A stretch of 21,198 nt of DNA from Chitinivibrionia bacterium (GTDB lineage Bacteria > Fibrobacterota > Chitinivibrionia > Chitinivibrionales > Chitinivibrionaceae), in the NCBI GenBank assembly GCA_009787445.1, contig WRFX01000025.1, forward strand, positions 1 through 21,198. Direction: 5' to 3'. This document shows, piece after piece, positions 8,501 to 15,955 of the stretch. Position 1 is the first letter of the stretch; each line of letters starts with the position of its first letter. A program made the position numbers and the translations under genes. The notes below the pieces were generated by a model. It was given only the letters and a program-made list of their open reading frames with translations, did no database searches and was not told where the DNA came from.

Positions 8501-8827
8501 GACTATGTACTTTGGATAGATACGCCAAAAATACAATATGTTTCCTTCATTGACCCGAAAGGACTGCGCCATATACAATGGGACGACCCAAAAATCGAAT
8601 TTTATGCCGCAATAAAAAATCTTGAAACCAGATTGCAGCCGTCAAGCGCCGATAAACAAATTGTGTTGAACTCGTTTATAATGTCCGCTACACGTTGCGA
8701 AGACCTGCGTCAATGGTGGGGCAAGGATATGGCGCAACGCCGCGCCAAGAATGTATTCTGCCTCGACGAGAGCGATTGCATTGAGGGAATGTTCGAGTTA
8801 ATTAAAGATAATTTTAAGAAAACGTAA
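5588..8827 (+). CDS. res: Type III Res-like SF2 DEAH-box helicase with C-terminal PD-(D/E)xK endonuclease motif, 1079 aa (alternative ATG start at 5702)
   Basis: The Walker A motif is CATGSGKTL (aa ~162-168). Motif II is LVLVDEAHRG (DEAH at 266-269). Motif III is YSATL. Motif VI is QLFGRGVRLRG (~aa 589). The C-terminal sequence FYPDYVLWID...VSFIDPKG gives a PD-(x16)-DxK nuclease signature (aa ~971-991). The TTG at 5588 follows GAGG at 10-nt spacing and overlaps the mod stop (tTGA). The first in-frame ATG is at 5702. Confidence 0.85.
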   Translation: MTNKNAAFSNFQWSEQLVLFRYFLYLFGKNTLAGLAGNMNNSEYEGVNENQNTFFYDELDGVLSRYGANAKVSRDALREYDENICRYVKQIGENRGGIKLKYFQYIACLFTEIYLDRYFTDKTGFAEELNEFSKKVKKESSGSIDIEQFTPANMNKLAFMCATGSGKTLIMHINILQFSYYLKKAKMFNPRININKIIVLAPNEGMSQQHLAELYLSRISAEMFVKSGFGNSADVVIVDMNKLKEEGKVKTVSVDSFEQNNLVLVDEAHRGLAGDVWYDYRSRLSAEGGFAFEYSATLKQAMKTLNVKKDKTLLDEYFRSIIIDYSYKFFYEDGYGKEYRIYNLQDSIDDEQRQLYLTGCLLSFYQQLKLFAQKVKEYAPFSLEKPLLVFVGNRVTAKTSAAEMTDVEEVLDFIDKFAHNRERTIGRINAVLNEDTGLTDSRGRELFSQNFNALFSLFGAAPKAEDVYKDILRVVFNSDTVSDELRLHLLNLRQVQGEIALRIGKDGKYFGVISIGDTSGLIKNCEAKGIFAETEEFVNESLFGNINEKVSNINVLIGSRKFSEGWNSWRVSTMGLINFAKSEGSQAIQLFGRGVRLRGYGGCLKRSGKLDDRSIVAPKNIELLETLTIFGIKAKYMEDFKRHLEIEGMPVNEKPREYALPVISRYGEIKDKKLRVIKVKDGANFKKQAARLMLAAPDEGFLRYLNGNKAIIDCRSKVQTLESASNERIQLAPSEYTIDEKYIPFLDYERIFDELQTYKNAKLYYNISLSKDKIKAILLTDGWYGLIIPPSHINIDSIEKLSLNTDFAIMVLKIYIDKFYKYEKDRWETPRLEYQELDENDNNFVDEYKFSCYGNDGADSVADTVEQFVKDLNVLLKQHNGIPAYENSILNGALVAFDFRQHLYTPLISKAGDLKLTVSPVSLNDDEKKFVDKLKYYVDDNVDMFDGKTLYLLRNKSKIGMGFFEAGNFYPDYVLWIDTPKIQYVSFIDPKGLRHIQWDDPKIEFYAAIKNLETRLQPSSADKQIVLNSFIMSATRCEDLRQWWGKDMAQRRAKNVFCLDESDCIEGMFELIKDNFKKT

Positions 8828-8861
8828 AAAAATTAGAGGCGGACAAAATTAAAATATAAGG

Positions 8862-8885
8862 AGAGGTTTATACTCTTTTTATCTA
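8862..8885 (+). terminator. Weak intrinsic-terminator-like hairpin downstream of res
   Basis: A 4-5-bp stem (aGAGg...CTCTt) closes a 7-nt loop and is followed by a TTTT run. The stem is weak and AT-rich. Confidence 0.2.
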
Positions 8886-8929
8886 AAAAAAACAACAAAA
8901 AATTAAAAGTTAAAATACTGAAAATTACA

Positions 8930-8953
8930 TTCGGCAAATAGTATTTTTACCGC
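8930..8953 (+). promoter_or_regulatory. Recurrent promoter-like motif, instance 4 (TTCGGCAAATAGTATTTTTACCGC), upstream of hisE
   Basis: This is the best match to the consensus, 19 nt upstream of the hisE ATG. Confidence 0.5.
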
Positions 8954-8971
8954 AAAAATAAGGAGTAATTT

Positions 8972-9235
8972 ATGAAAACGTTTGAAAGTTTATTTAGCGA
9001 GTTGAAAACTAAAATTGAAAACAAAGACCCGAATTCGTACACGGTTAAGGAATACGAAAAAGGCGTGCATTTTATCGGAAAAAAAATAATCGAAGAAGCG
9101 GGCGAGGTATGGATTGCGAGCGAATACGAAGGCAACGAAAAAACCGCCGAAGAAATGTCGCAGTTGATTTATCATATTCAAGTAATGATGCTTGCAAAAG
9201 GCATTACGATAGACGATATTTACGGATATTTATAG
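8972..9235 (+). CDS. hisE: Phosphoribosyl-ATP pyrophosphatase (monofunctional HisE), 87 aa
   Basis: An AAGGAG RBS sits at 8959-8964. The sequence SYTVKEY...[14 protein letters not shown]...[19 protein letters not shown] carries the conserved PRA-PH (MazG-like) motifs, including the (L/I)YH motif. Confidence 0.8.
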   Translation: MKTFESLFSELKTKIENKDPNSYTVKEYEKGVHFIGKKIIEEAGEVWIASEYEGNEKTAEEMSQLIYHIQVMMLAKGITIDDIYGYL

Positions 9236-9245
9236 GAGAAAAAAA

Positions 9246-10094
9246 ATGCTTAAAATTGCAATTCCCAACAAAGGCGCTTTGAACGAAACCGCGCTTGAAA
9301 TAATAAAAAGAGCGGGATATAAATGCCAGATATACGGCAAAGAACTGGTAGTGCGCGACAGCGAACACGACATAGATTTTTATTTTTTGCGCCCGCGCGA
9401 TATTGCGGTTTACATAGGCGACGGAATTATAGATTTGGGAATTACGGGGCGCGATTTGTCTGTCGATAGCAGAGCGAAATACGAGGAAATTTTGCCGCTT
9501 GATTTCGGAAATTCCAGATTTTTTTATGCGGTTCCAAAAGACAGCGCGCTTACGCCCGAAAAACTTAACGGGAAGCGAATCGCTACGGCGTATCCCGCCA
9601 TCGTCGAGCGGGATTTGAAAAAACGCGGATTCGACGCGGAGATAATAAAACTCGACGGCGCGGTGGAAATTTCTATACAGTTGGGAGTCGCGGACGCTAT
9701 CGCCGACGTCGTGGAGAGCGGAAGAACGCTTGTGGAGGCGGGACTTAAAACAATCGGCGAGCCGATTATGGAATCGCAGGCGCTTATTATCGCGAAAGAT
9801 AAAAGCAAACTGAACGATAAAACGGCGAAAATTTTTGTAGAACGTCTCGAAAGCGTGATTATTGCAAAACAGTATTTGATGGTCGAATACGACATTTCAA
9901 AGGAAAATATAGAAAAGGCGGCAAAACTTACGCCGGGAATAGAATCGCCTACTGTTTCGCCGTTAAGCGTAGAAGGATGGTTTGCGGTAAAAGCGATGGT
10001 AAAAGCAAAAGGAGTGAATAAACTTTTGGACGATTTGCACAACGTCGGCGCGAAAGGAATTATCGTCAGCGAAATTAAAATTTGCAGATTGTGA
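9246..10094 (+). CDS. hisG: ATP phosphoribosyltransferase, long form, 282 aa
   Basis: An AGGAG RBS sits at 9233-9237. The N-terminus is MLKIAIPNKGALNETALEII. The segment LRPRDIAVYIGDGIIDLGITGRDL matches the HisG signature region. A C-terminal regulatory domain is present. Confidence 0.9.
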   Translation: MLKIAIPNKGALNETALEIIKRAGYKCQIYGKELVVRDSEHDIDFYFLRPRDIAVYIGDGIIDLGITGRDLSVDSRAKYEEILPLDFGNSRFFYAVPKDSALTPEKLNGKRIATAYPAIVERDLKKRGFDAEIIKLDGAVEISIQLGVADAIADVVESGRTLVEAGLKTIGEPIMESQALIIAKDKSKLNDKTAKIFVERLESVIIAKQYLMVEYDISKENIEKAAKLTPGIESPTVSPLSVEGWFAVKAMVKAKGVNKLLDDLHNVGAKGIIVSEIKICRL

Positions 10095-10133
10095 ACGCGA
10101 ACGGAGATTTTTCCCGTCCGCGTCATTTTCCTT
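10095..10133. terminator. Hairpin terminator between convergent hisG and flotillin genes
   Basis: A 10-bp stem with one mismatch (10095-10104 acgcgaacgg pairing with 10114-10123 ccgtccgcgt) closes a 9-nt loop. On the + strand it is followed by a T-rich run (cattttcc). Confidence 0.4.
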
Positions 10134-10140
10134 AAAATTA

Positions 10141-11574
10141 TCATTTCGGCGGTTGTTTTTTGTCGCTTTTTAATTTTTCAAGTAGTCCGTCGACAAGAAC
10201 GCTACCTGTTTCCGATTGCTTTAATCCTTCAATAAACCCGACAAGTCCCGAACCGCCTTTACTTGAAACAATATCTTTTACACTGCTCATACCCGATTGA
10301 ACGTCGCCCGAATTTGCGAGTATTTTCACGTCCGCCGTCGTCAACGCCTTTGCGTATTCGATGCCTATGTCTTTATTGACTTTCAAAGTTTCAATTTGAA
10401 CCAAATAATTTTGATATCCTTCGTTTTCGCCGATTGATTTCGCCAATTCGGTTTGCGCGGTAACGGACGCCAACTGTTTCAATTTTTCTGCCTCCGCTTC
10501 TGCCGCGCCCACGTTTTTAATTGCTTCCGCGTTGCCTTTCCCCGTCAATTTAATACCTTCCGCCTCTTTTTCTTTTTCGATTAAAGCCGCTTCCGCCAAC
10601 TGCTGTTTTTCGTATTTTTTAGCGTCCGCTTCAATTTGTATGTTCCTTTGCTTCGCTTCCGCGTCGACAATCAACGCTTCCTTTTCAATTTCCGCTTTAC
10701 GAACCTGATTTACTCGAATTACTTCCATTTTTTTCGATTCGGTTTCTTTCATCTGCTCTTGGACTTTCTGTTCAGACAACTGTTGCGCCACGCCGATTTC
10801 TTTGTTCGCCTCCGCTTGAGCCACGCCGATTTTTTGGTCGGATTGAGCGTTCGCTTCGCCCGTCTCGCGATTTGCCACCGCCTGTTTTACGGCAACTTCT
10901 TTTTGTGCTTCGATTTCGGCTTCTTGCGCGAGTTTCATATTTTTTGCGACTTCAACCCGCGATTCCATTTCGATGTTCGATTTCTTTTTAGCCATTATAT
11001 TGGCGATTACGTTAGAGTCGAGCGTATCGCGAATATCCATAAGTTCGATAGGTTTTACCGCCGCCACTCCCCAATTTTCCAAATCGTCCTGAACGTCTTT
11101 TGTGAACTGCGAGCCGTATACGCTTCTTTCCTGCATAATGAGTTCCAATTCGGATTTTGCCAAAATTGACCGAACCGAGCCCTGCACAATTCCGAGCAAT
11201 TGGTCTTTAAGTTCCTTAAACGACTCGACTTTTTGAGCCGCGACGTTCGTATCCGATATTCTGAAAAACGCTTTAACGTCTATCAAAAACGGAACTCTGT
11301 TGTTGTCGTAAGCCGAATAATTTATCAAATCCAAATCGAAGTTGCTTACGGGCAATACGCGGACGTCAATTCCAAAAAACGGCATCCATTTTGGAAAATG
11401 ATAATACACGTTTCCCGCTTTTTGCCCTGCTCCGTAAGAAACAGTTTTTTTTGTTCTTTGAACGATATGAACCACATTTGTAGGCACTATTCTGCGAAGC
11501 GTCAAAATCCATACGAAAATTGCCAATGCTATCAAAACAACGATAAAAATTGAAAATCCAATCAATCCTTCCAT
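10141..11574 (-). CDS. Flotillin / SPFH (band 7) family membrane protein, 477 aa
   Basis: An AAGGAG RBS lies 8 nt upstream on the - strand. There is an N-terminal TM helix (IGFSIFIVVLIALAIFVWIL) and an SPFH-domain core. An E/A/K/Q-rich coiled-coil region is followed by a C-terminal tail typical of FloT/YqiK-type flotillins. Confidence 0.8.
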   Translation of the reverse strand: MEGLIGFSIFIVVLIALAIFVWILTLRRIVPTNVVHIVQRTKKTVSYGAGQKAGNVYYHFPKWMPFFGIDVRVLPVSNFDLDLINYSAYDNNRVPFLIDVKAFFRISDTNVAAQKVESFKELKDQLLGIVQGSVRSILAKSELELIMQERSVYGSQFTKDVQDDLENWGVAAVKPIELMDIRDTLDSNVIANIMAKKKSNIEMESRVEVAKNMKLAQEAEIEAQKEVAVKQAVANRETGEANAQSDQKIGVAQAEANKEIGVAQQLSEQKVQEQMKETESKKMEVIRVNQVRKAEIEKEALIVDAEAKQRNIQIEADAKKYEKQQLAEAALIEKEKEAEGIKLTGKGNAEAIKNVGAAEAEAEKLKQLASVTAQTELAKSIGENEGYQNYLVQIETLKVNKDIGIEYAKALTTADVKILANSGDVQSGMSSVKDIVSSKGGSGLVGFIEGLKQSETGSVLVDGLLEKLKSDKKQPPK

Positions 11575-11607
11575 ATATAAATTCTCCTTAAATATCTAAC
11601 AATTTAA

Positions 11608-11633
11608 CCGCACTAAAATAATATTTGCCCGAC
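11608..11633 (-). promoter_or_regulatory. Recurrent promoter-like motif, instance on the - strand (gtcGGGCAAATATTATTTTAgtgcgg), upstream of flotillin
   Basis: The reverse complement of 11608-11633 matches the consensus ~35 nt upstream of the flotillin ATG. Confidence 0.4.
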
Positions 11634-11662
11634 TTGTTTTGAACAAAATTATTCTAATAATA

Positions 11663-13306
11663 TTAAAACAATCCGCTAATTACACCTTTGTCGTCCACGT
11701 CTATCATTTCCGCCGCGGGATTTTTGGGAAGTCCCGGCATTGTCATTATATCGCCCGCTATCGCTACGACGAATCCCGCGCCCGCCGATAGCCGAATTTG
11801 GCGAACGTTTATTTTAAAACCCGTCGGCGCGCAAATCTTTTTTGCGTTGTCCGTAAAAGAATACTGCGTTTTCGCGATACATACGGGAAGCGAGCCGTAG
11901 CCGAGTTTTTCGATATTCTTTATCTGCCTCGTCGCTTCAGCCGAAAACGTTACTCCGTCCGCGCCGTATATGTTGCGCACTATCGTTTCAATTTTTTCGG
12001 TTACGGGCAAATTCGTATCGTATAAATAGCGGAAATTATTTGGACTGTTAACCGCGCCGAGTATTTTTTCCGCAAGTTCAACTCCGCCTTCGCCGCCGCG
12101 TTCATACACGTCCGAGATAGCGGCGGTCGCCCCGAAACTTTCGGCGGCAACGCAAACGTAATTTAAGTCCTCTTGCGTATCGGACGGAAAACGGTTGATA
12201 GCCGCCACGCACGGAAGTCCGTAGCGTTTCGTCATATTTTCGATATGTCTTTTGAGGTTTGCGACGCCTTCTTTAAGCGAGCCGTCGTCTCCTCCGTGAT
12301 GTTTGAGCGCCCTTACAGTCGCGACGACAACCGCGACAGACGGCTGCAATCCGAACCTGCGGCATTTGACGTCGATAAATTTCTCCGCGCCCAAATCCGC
12401 TCCGAACCCCGCTTCCGTTACGACATAGTCGGCAAGATTTACGGCGGCAAGCGTTGCGGCGGCGCTATTGCATCCGTGCGCGATATTTGCGAACGGTCCG
12501 CCGTGGACGAACGCGGGAGTGTGTTCGAGCGTCTGCACGAGGTTGGGTTTAAGCGCGTCTTTAAGCAAAGTCGTCATCGCTCCGTGCGCGCGCAAATCTC
12601 CCGCGGTAACGGGCGCGCCGCCATACGTATAACCGATAATTATTTTCGACAGGTTTTCTTTCAGCGCGGTTATATTTTCGGAAAGGCAGAACACCGCCAT
12701 AACTTCCGACGCGGCGGTGATATCGAATCCGTCTTCGCGCGGCGTACCGTTTGATTTTCCGTTGAGACCGCCGATATAAAAACGCAGTTGTCTGTCGTTC
12801 AAATCGACCGCCCGCCGCCAAGTTACGCGGCGCGGGTCGATATTCAGCGCGTTTCCTTGCCAGATATGGTTGTCTATCATTGCGGCAAGCAAATTGTTCG
12901 CCGAAGTTATCGCGTGCAAGTCGCCGGTAAAATGCAGGTTTATGTCTTCCATCGGCACTATCTGCGCGTAACCGCCTCCCGCCGCGCCGCCTTTTATCCC
13001 GAACACCGGTCCAAGCGACGGCTCGCGCAGGCAAATTATAACATTCTTTTTAAGCCGCGCCAGCGCATCCCCTATGCCTACGGTCGTGGTGGTTTTGCCT
13101 TCGCCCGCGGGCGTGGGAGTTATCGCCGTTACGAGAATTATTTTCGCGCGCCGTTTGGCGTTTGTCAGCGCGGCGGCATTGAGGTTTAATTTCGCCTTGT
13201 ATTTGCCGTAAAGTTCTATGTCGTTTTCGGCAAGCCCGATTTTTTGCGCTATTGAAGCGATATGTTCCAATTTCGCCTCGCGGTCTATTTCAATGTCGGT
13301 TTTCAT
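11663..13306 (-). CDS. fhs: Formate--tetrahydrofolate ligase (FTHFS), 547 aa
   Basis: The protein begins [12 protein letters not shown]. The motif [19 protein letters not shown] matches the conserved FTHFS nucleotide-binding signature. The start at 13306 is preferred over the upstream ATG at 13375 because a GGGGA RBS lies 6 nt upstream and the length is typical. Confidence 0.9.
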   Translation of the reverse strand: MKTDIEIDREAKLEHIASIAQKIGLAENDIELYGKYKAKLNLNAAALTNAKRRAKIILVTAITPTPAGEGKTTTTVGIGDALARLKKNVIICLREPSLGPVFGIKGGAAGGGYAQIVPMEDINLHFTGDLHAITSANNLLAAMIDNHIWQGNALNIDPRRVTWRRAVDLNDRQLRFYIGGLNGKSNGTPREDGFDITAASEVMAVFCLSENITALKENLSKIIIGYTYGGAPVTAGDLRAHGAMTTLLKDALKPNLVQTLEHTPAFVHGGPFANIAHGCNSAAATLAAVNLADYVVTEAGFGADLGAEKFIDVKCRRFGLQPSVAVVVATVRALKHHGGDDGSLKEGVANLKRHIENMTKRYGLPCVAAINRFPSDTQEDLNYVCVAAESFGATAAISDVYERGGEGGVELAEKILGAVNSPNNFRYLYDTNLPVTEKIETIVRNIYGADGVTFSAEATRQIKNIEKLGYGSLPVCIAKTQYSFTDNAKKICAPTGFKINVRQIRLSAGAGFVVAIAGDIMTMPGLPKNPAAEMIDVDDKGVISGLF

Positions 13307-13337
13307 AATATATCCCCGTTTTAATATGATAAAAGTT

Positions 13338-13361
13338 ATCGGTAAAATAATATTTGGCGAA
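13338..13361 (-). promoter_or_regulatory. Recurrent promoter-like motif, instance on the - strand (TTCGCCAAATATTATTTTACCGat), upstream of fhs
   Basis: The reverse complement of 13338-13361 matches the consensus ~32 nt upstream of the fhs ATG at 13306. Confidence 0.45.
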
Positions 13362-13460
13362 GTAATTTTTGGCAAAAAGTAAAGCCCATATCGTTTTCGG
13401 CAATAAAATATTTATAATTTTCGATAAATTTCGTAACTCGCTGTTTTTCAAAAAATTATT

Positions 13461-13721
13461 TTATGGAACAATAACCCCAAACGCCGATTTATAAATCTCC
13501 GCTTTTTTTTCTAACGCGAGCGGATAAGCCCTCGACGAAGATGGCATTCTGTATAAACGCAATTCTCTATTTTCAAAAATAAACGAAGTATAAGAACCGA
13601 TTGCGGGCGAAAGTATTTGAATGTTTTTTTCGGCGAATTGTTTGATTATCGTTTCCAACGCTTTTTGCCCTGTTGCGACAATATTTCGGAAACGGGAAAG
13701 TTCTTGAATTATTTTTTTCAT
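13461..13721 (-). pseudogene. C-terminal fragment of a Mug/TDG-family (UDG superfamily) DNA glycosylase
   Basis: The 86-aa ORF ends ...LYRMPSSSRAYPLALEKKAEIYKSAF. This matches the conserved C-terminal motif of the Mug/TDG family (E. coli Mug LPNPSGLS; human TDG MPSSSAR). The N-terminal half carrying the catalytic G(I/V)NPG motif is absent. An in-frame stop lies 4 codons upstream of the ATG. Confidence 0.4.
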
Positions 13722-13961
13722 ATCGACTTTTAATTAAGCGGATATTTTTCGTTTTCTTTTGCCTGATTTGCGGCAAAAAAAATAACCGAATTTGACATAA
13801 TTAAGTGCAATAAAGTATATTTAAGTAAAATAAAGCGCAATAAGGAGATAAATATGTTAAAAATCGGCGACATACTTGAAAAAATCAAGTTTTTTCATAA
13901 AAAACTCCTTTTGTTTAGGTTTAAATTTTTGAAATATTTGATAAAACGCGTACTATTTTTA

Positions 13962-13984
13962 ATCGGCAGTTAGTATTTTTATCC
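13962..13984 (+). promoter_or_regulatory. Recurrent promoter-like motif, instance upstream of the OMP-lptFG operon (aTCGGCAgtTAGTATTTTTAtcc)
   Basis: The same motif is followed by aaaaaaTAAGGAttaaaactATG, which mirrors the hisE arrangement. Confidence 0.45.
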
Positions 13985-14005
13985 TAAAAAATAAGGATTA
14001 AAACT

Positions 14006-15952
14006 ATGATATATAGAAAAAAACGCAAAAAAATTTATTATTCGTACAAAAAACTCATAATAATTTTAATTTTTATTTTCTGCGAAATTTCTTTTTGCGA
14101 AGAAAATATTGATTCCTTAAAACTTGCGCAAATTAAGGATTCGTTATACAACATATTTAAAAAACAGGAAGCGTACCATAACGAACGATTTTTTGACAAT
14201 AAAACGCTTTTTTCGCCGACAAAAATTTTACGGCAGCATTTTTTTGGAAACGATTATTTCACTTATAGCGACGTTCTTTCCGGCAATCAAAATTTCGCGT
14301 CTTTGCGATATTCGCCCGATTTTCCGCTGAACCGCGCGCTTTTTCGCGGATATACGATTCCTATCGAATCAGGACTTTTAAGCCGACTTTATTCTCCCGT
14401 TTTGCCGTTTTATTATTACGATTTGTTAGAAATAAAAGAATTTGAAATTCGTCCAAACGGCGACATTTCTCCCGTGATTTTTGACGGAAAAACCGTAACT
14501 CCCGATGTATTTTTCGCTTGGCAGGGCGGACTTTTTAACGGAAATACGCTGAAATTCAGAATGATGCGAAATTTATCGGATAAATTGTCTATGCTTGCGT
14601 TTATTTCGTATTCGGACCTGAAAAGAATGCAATTTTATCACGGCGGCGGAATGGCGCAAACATACAAAACGTATCACAAAGATACGACAAAAATATCGAT
14701 AAACGGCTACAATCCTTATTCTATGACGAACAAAAGCGGAATTTCGTTGGATTACAAAAACAATATTTCGACGTCTTTGCGATATTCGTATTCCGATATA
14801 GGGCAGGATTTGGCGTATCGCACGGATTCCGTCGTCGTTACGCCCGACTCGGTTTTGAATATCGCTTGGAACGAATCGCGAAATTATTTGCATCAAATAG
14901 ACGGCGCGTTTGAAATTCCTTTCGGCGATAAAATTTTATTTAGAAATCTCGGCAAAATCGAAACCGTAAAACAAAACGAAGTTCCGATTTCCCGCACGGC
15001 GCGCGGACGACCCGTTACGGAAAGAAGTTCGCGGGAAAACACGCTTCAATCGGCGGGTTCGCAGTTGTATTTCGCGCCGAAAGATTTTGATTCCATTTCG
15101 CTGCAATTTTCGGTAAATCGCTACATTTCCGATAGCGCAGGAATTACGCACACCGTCGCGCACAATACGAAATTTCTTGCGGAAAACAAGTTTGTTTCGC
15201 CAAATTCGGACAATATTTCCATAACGACAAACGGCGGAATAGAATTTGTAAGAGCAAACGGGAAAAAGATAAAAAATTATCCGTTAGGATTATTGGAAAT
15301 CGACTGGAAAATAAACAATTTTCAAACGCAAATTTGGGGAAAATCGGGTTTTTCTCCGTTAGTTTATTCTAAACCTTACGAAAATTACGACGAAATTGCG
15401 GACGGTTTTAAGGCGTTCGGCGCAAATTTGCGTTATCAGTTTCCCGCCGCGTCCATAAATTTCGGATATTCCGCTATTGACGCGGCAAATATCAGTAAAT
15501 ATTGGCATAATTCAGAGCCGTATTATTGTCCGAAAAACGTTTTTTCCATCGGCGCAAATTTGGGCGAAATTGGCAATTTTTCGTTGTTTTCAAATTGGCT
15601 TTTAAGCGACGAAAAGCCGTACGTAAAATCGTATTCTGGCTTGCGATTTCACTTCAATACAAATTCGCAAGTCCGTCAATTTTATACGGACGTTTTTTAT
15701 AATTATTGGAGCAAAAGAACAAAATATACGGGCGCGTTTTTGTCCGACGCTCAATACTCGTATTTTGGCGATTATCCGCATTGGGGACGTTCGATTCACG
15801 ATGTTTCGTTTAAGTTGACCGCCGAAATTCATACTTTTCGCATATTTTGGAAAATAGATAATTTTCTTAATCGTACAAATTCGTATATTCCCGGATATAT
15901 TATGCCCGGTCTTATTTTTCGCTGGGGATTTTCTTGGAATGTTTTGGGGTGA
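14006..15952 (+). CDS. Putative outer-membrane protein with signal peptide, 648 aa (possibly Lpt/OMP-assembly related)
   Basis: An AAGGA RBS is present. A basic N-terminus is followed by a hydrophobic segment (LIIILIFIFCEISFC). The protein is aromatic- and Gly-rich with beta-strand-like composition and an aromatic-rich C-terminus (IFRWGFSWNVLG). Its stop lies 3 nt before the lptFG start, suggesting co-transcription. Confidence 0.55.
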   Translation: MIYRKKRKKIYYSYKKLIIILIFIFCEISFCEENIDSLKLAQIKDSLYNIFKKQEAYHNERFFDNKTLFSPTKILRQHFFGNDYFTYSDVLSGNQNFASLRYSPDFPLNRALFRGYTIPIESGLLSRLYSPVLPFYYYDLLEIKEFEIRPNGDISPVIFDGKTVTPDVFFAWQGGLFNGNTLKFRMMRNLSDKLSMLAFISYSDLKRMQFYHGGGMAQTYKTYHKDTTKISINGYNPYSMTNKSGISLDYKNNISTSLRYSYSDIGQDLAYRTDSVVVTPDSVLNIAWNESRNYLHQIDGAFEIPFGDKILFRNLGKIETVKQNEVPISRTARGRPVTERSSRENTLQSAGSQLYFAPKDFDSISLQFSVNRYISDSAGITHTVAHNTKFLAENKFVSPNSDNISITTNGGIEFVRANGKKIKNYPLGLLEIDWKINNFQTQIWGKSGFSPLVYSKPYENYDEIADGFKAFGANLRYQFPAASINFGYSAIDAANISKYWHNSEPYYCPKNVFSIGANLGEIGNFSLFSNWLLSDEKPYVKSYSGLRFHFNTNSQVRQFYTDVFYNYWSKRTKYTGAFLSDAQYSYFGDYPHWGRSIHDVSFKLTAEIHTFRIFWKIDNFLNRTNSYIPGYIMPGLIFRWGFSWNVLG

Positions 15953-15955
15953 TAA

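Noticed and set aside
2411-8978. Idea that the ~50-nt identical promoter/leader segments at 2418-2466 and 8930-8978 are an insertion scar (duplicated hisE leader) of the R-M cassette
   Set aside because: The same module is also found upstream of unrelated genes (105, 950, 14006, flotillin, fhs). Similarity is therefore better explained by a strong genome-wide promoter/RBS consensus than by a target duplication.
9524-10144. 206-aa ORF antisense to hisG
   Set aside because: It is fully embedded antisense in a highly conserved gene. The translation is S-, T- and I-rich and low-complexity, and no RBS is present.
10636-11553. 177-aa and 117-aa ORFs antisense to the flotillin gene
   Set aside because: These are F-, R- and L-rich frame-shadow translations of the E/A/K-repeat coding region and are not independent genes.
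11688-13189. Several 70-190-aa ORFs on both strands inside fhs (11688-11900, 11798-12025, 12173-12754, 12561-13034, 12788-13189)
   Set aside because: They are R-, A- and G-rich translations of alternative frames of a GC-rich conserved gene. They show no start-site signals or motifs and are entirely nested in the well-supported fhs CDS.
13306-13375. 23-codon N-terminal extension of fhs from the ATG at 13375
   Set aside because: The downstream ATG at 13306 has a GGGGA RBS and gives the canonical MKTDIEI N-terminus and typical FTHFS length. The promoter motif at 13338-13361 lies inside the putative extension.
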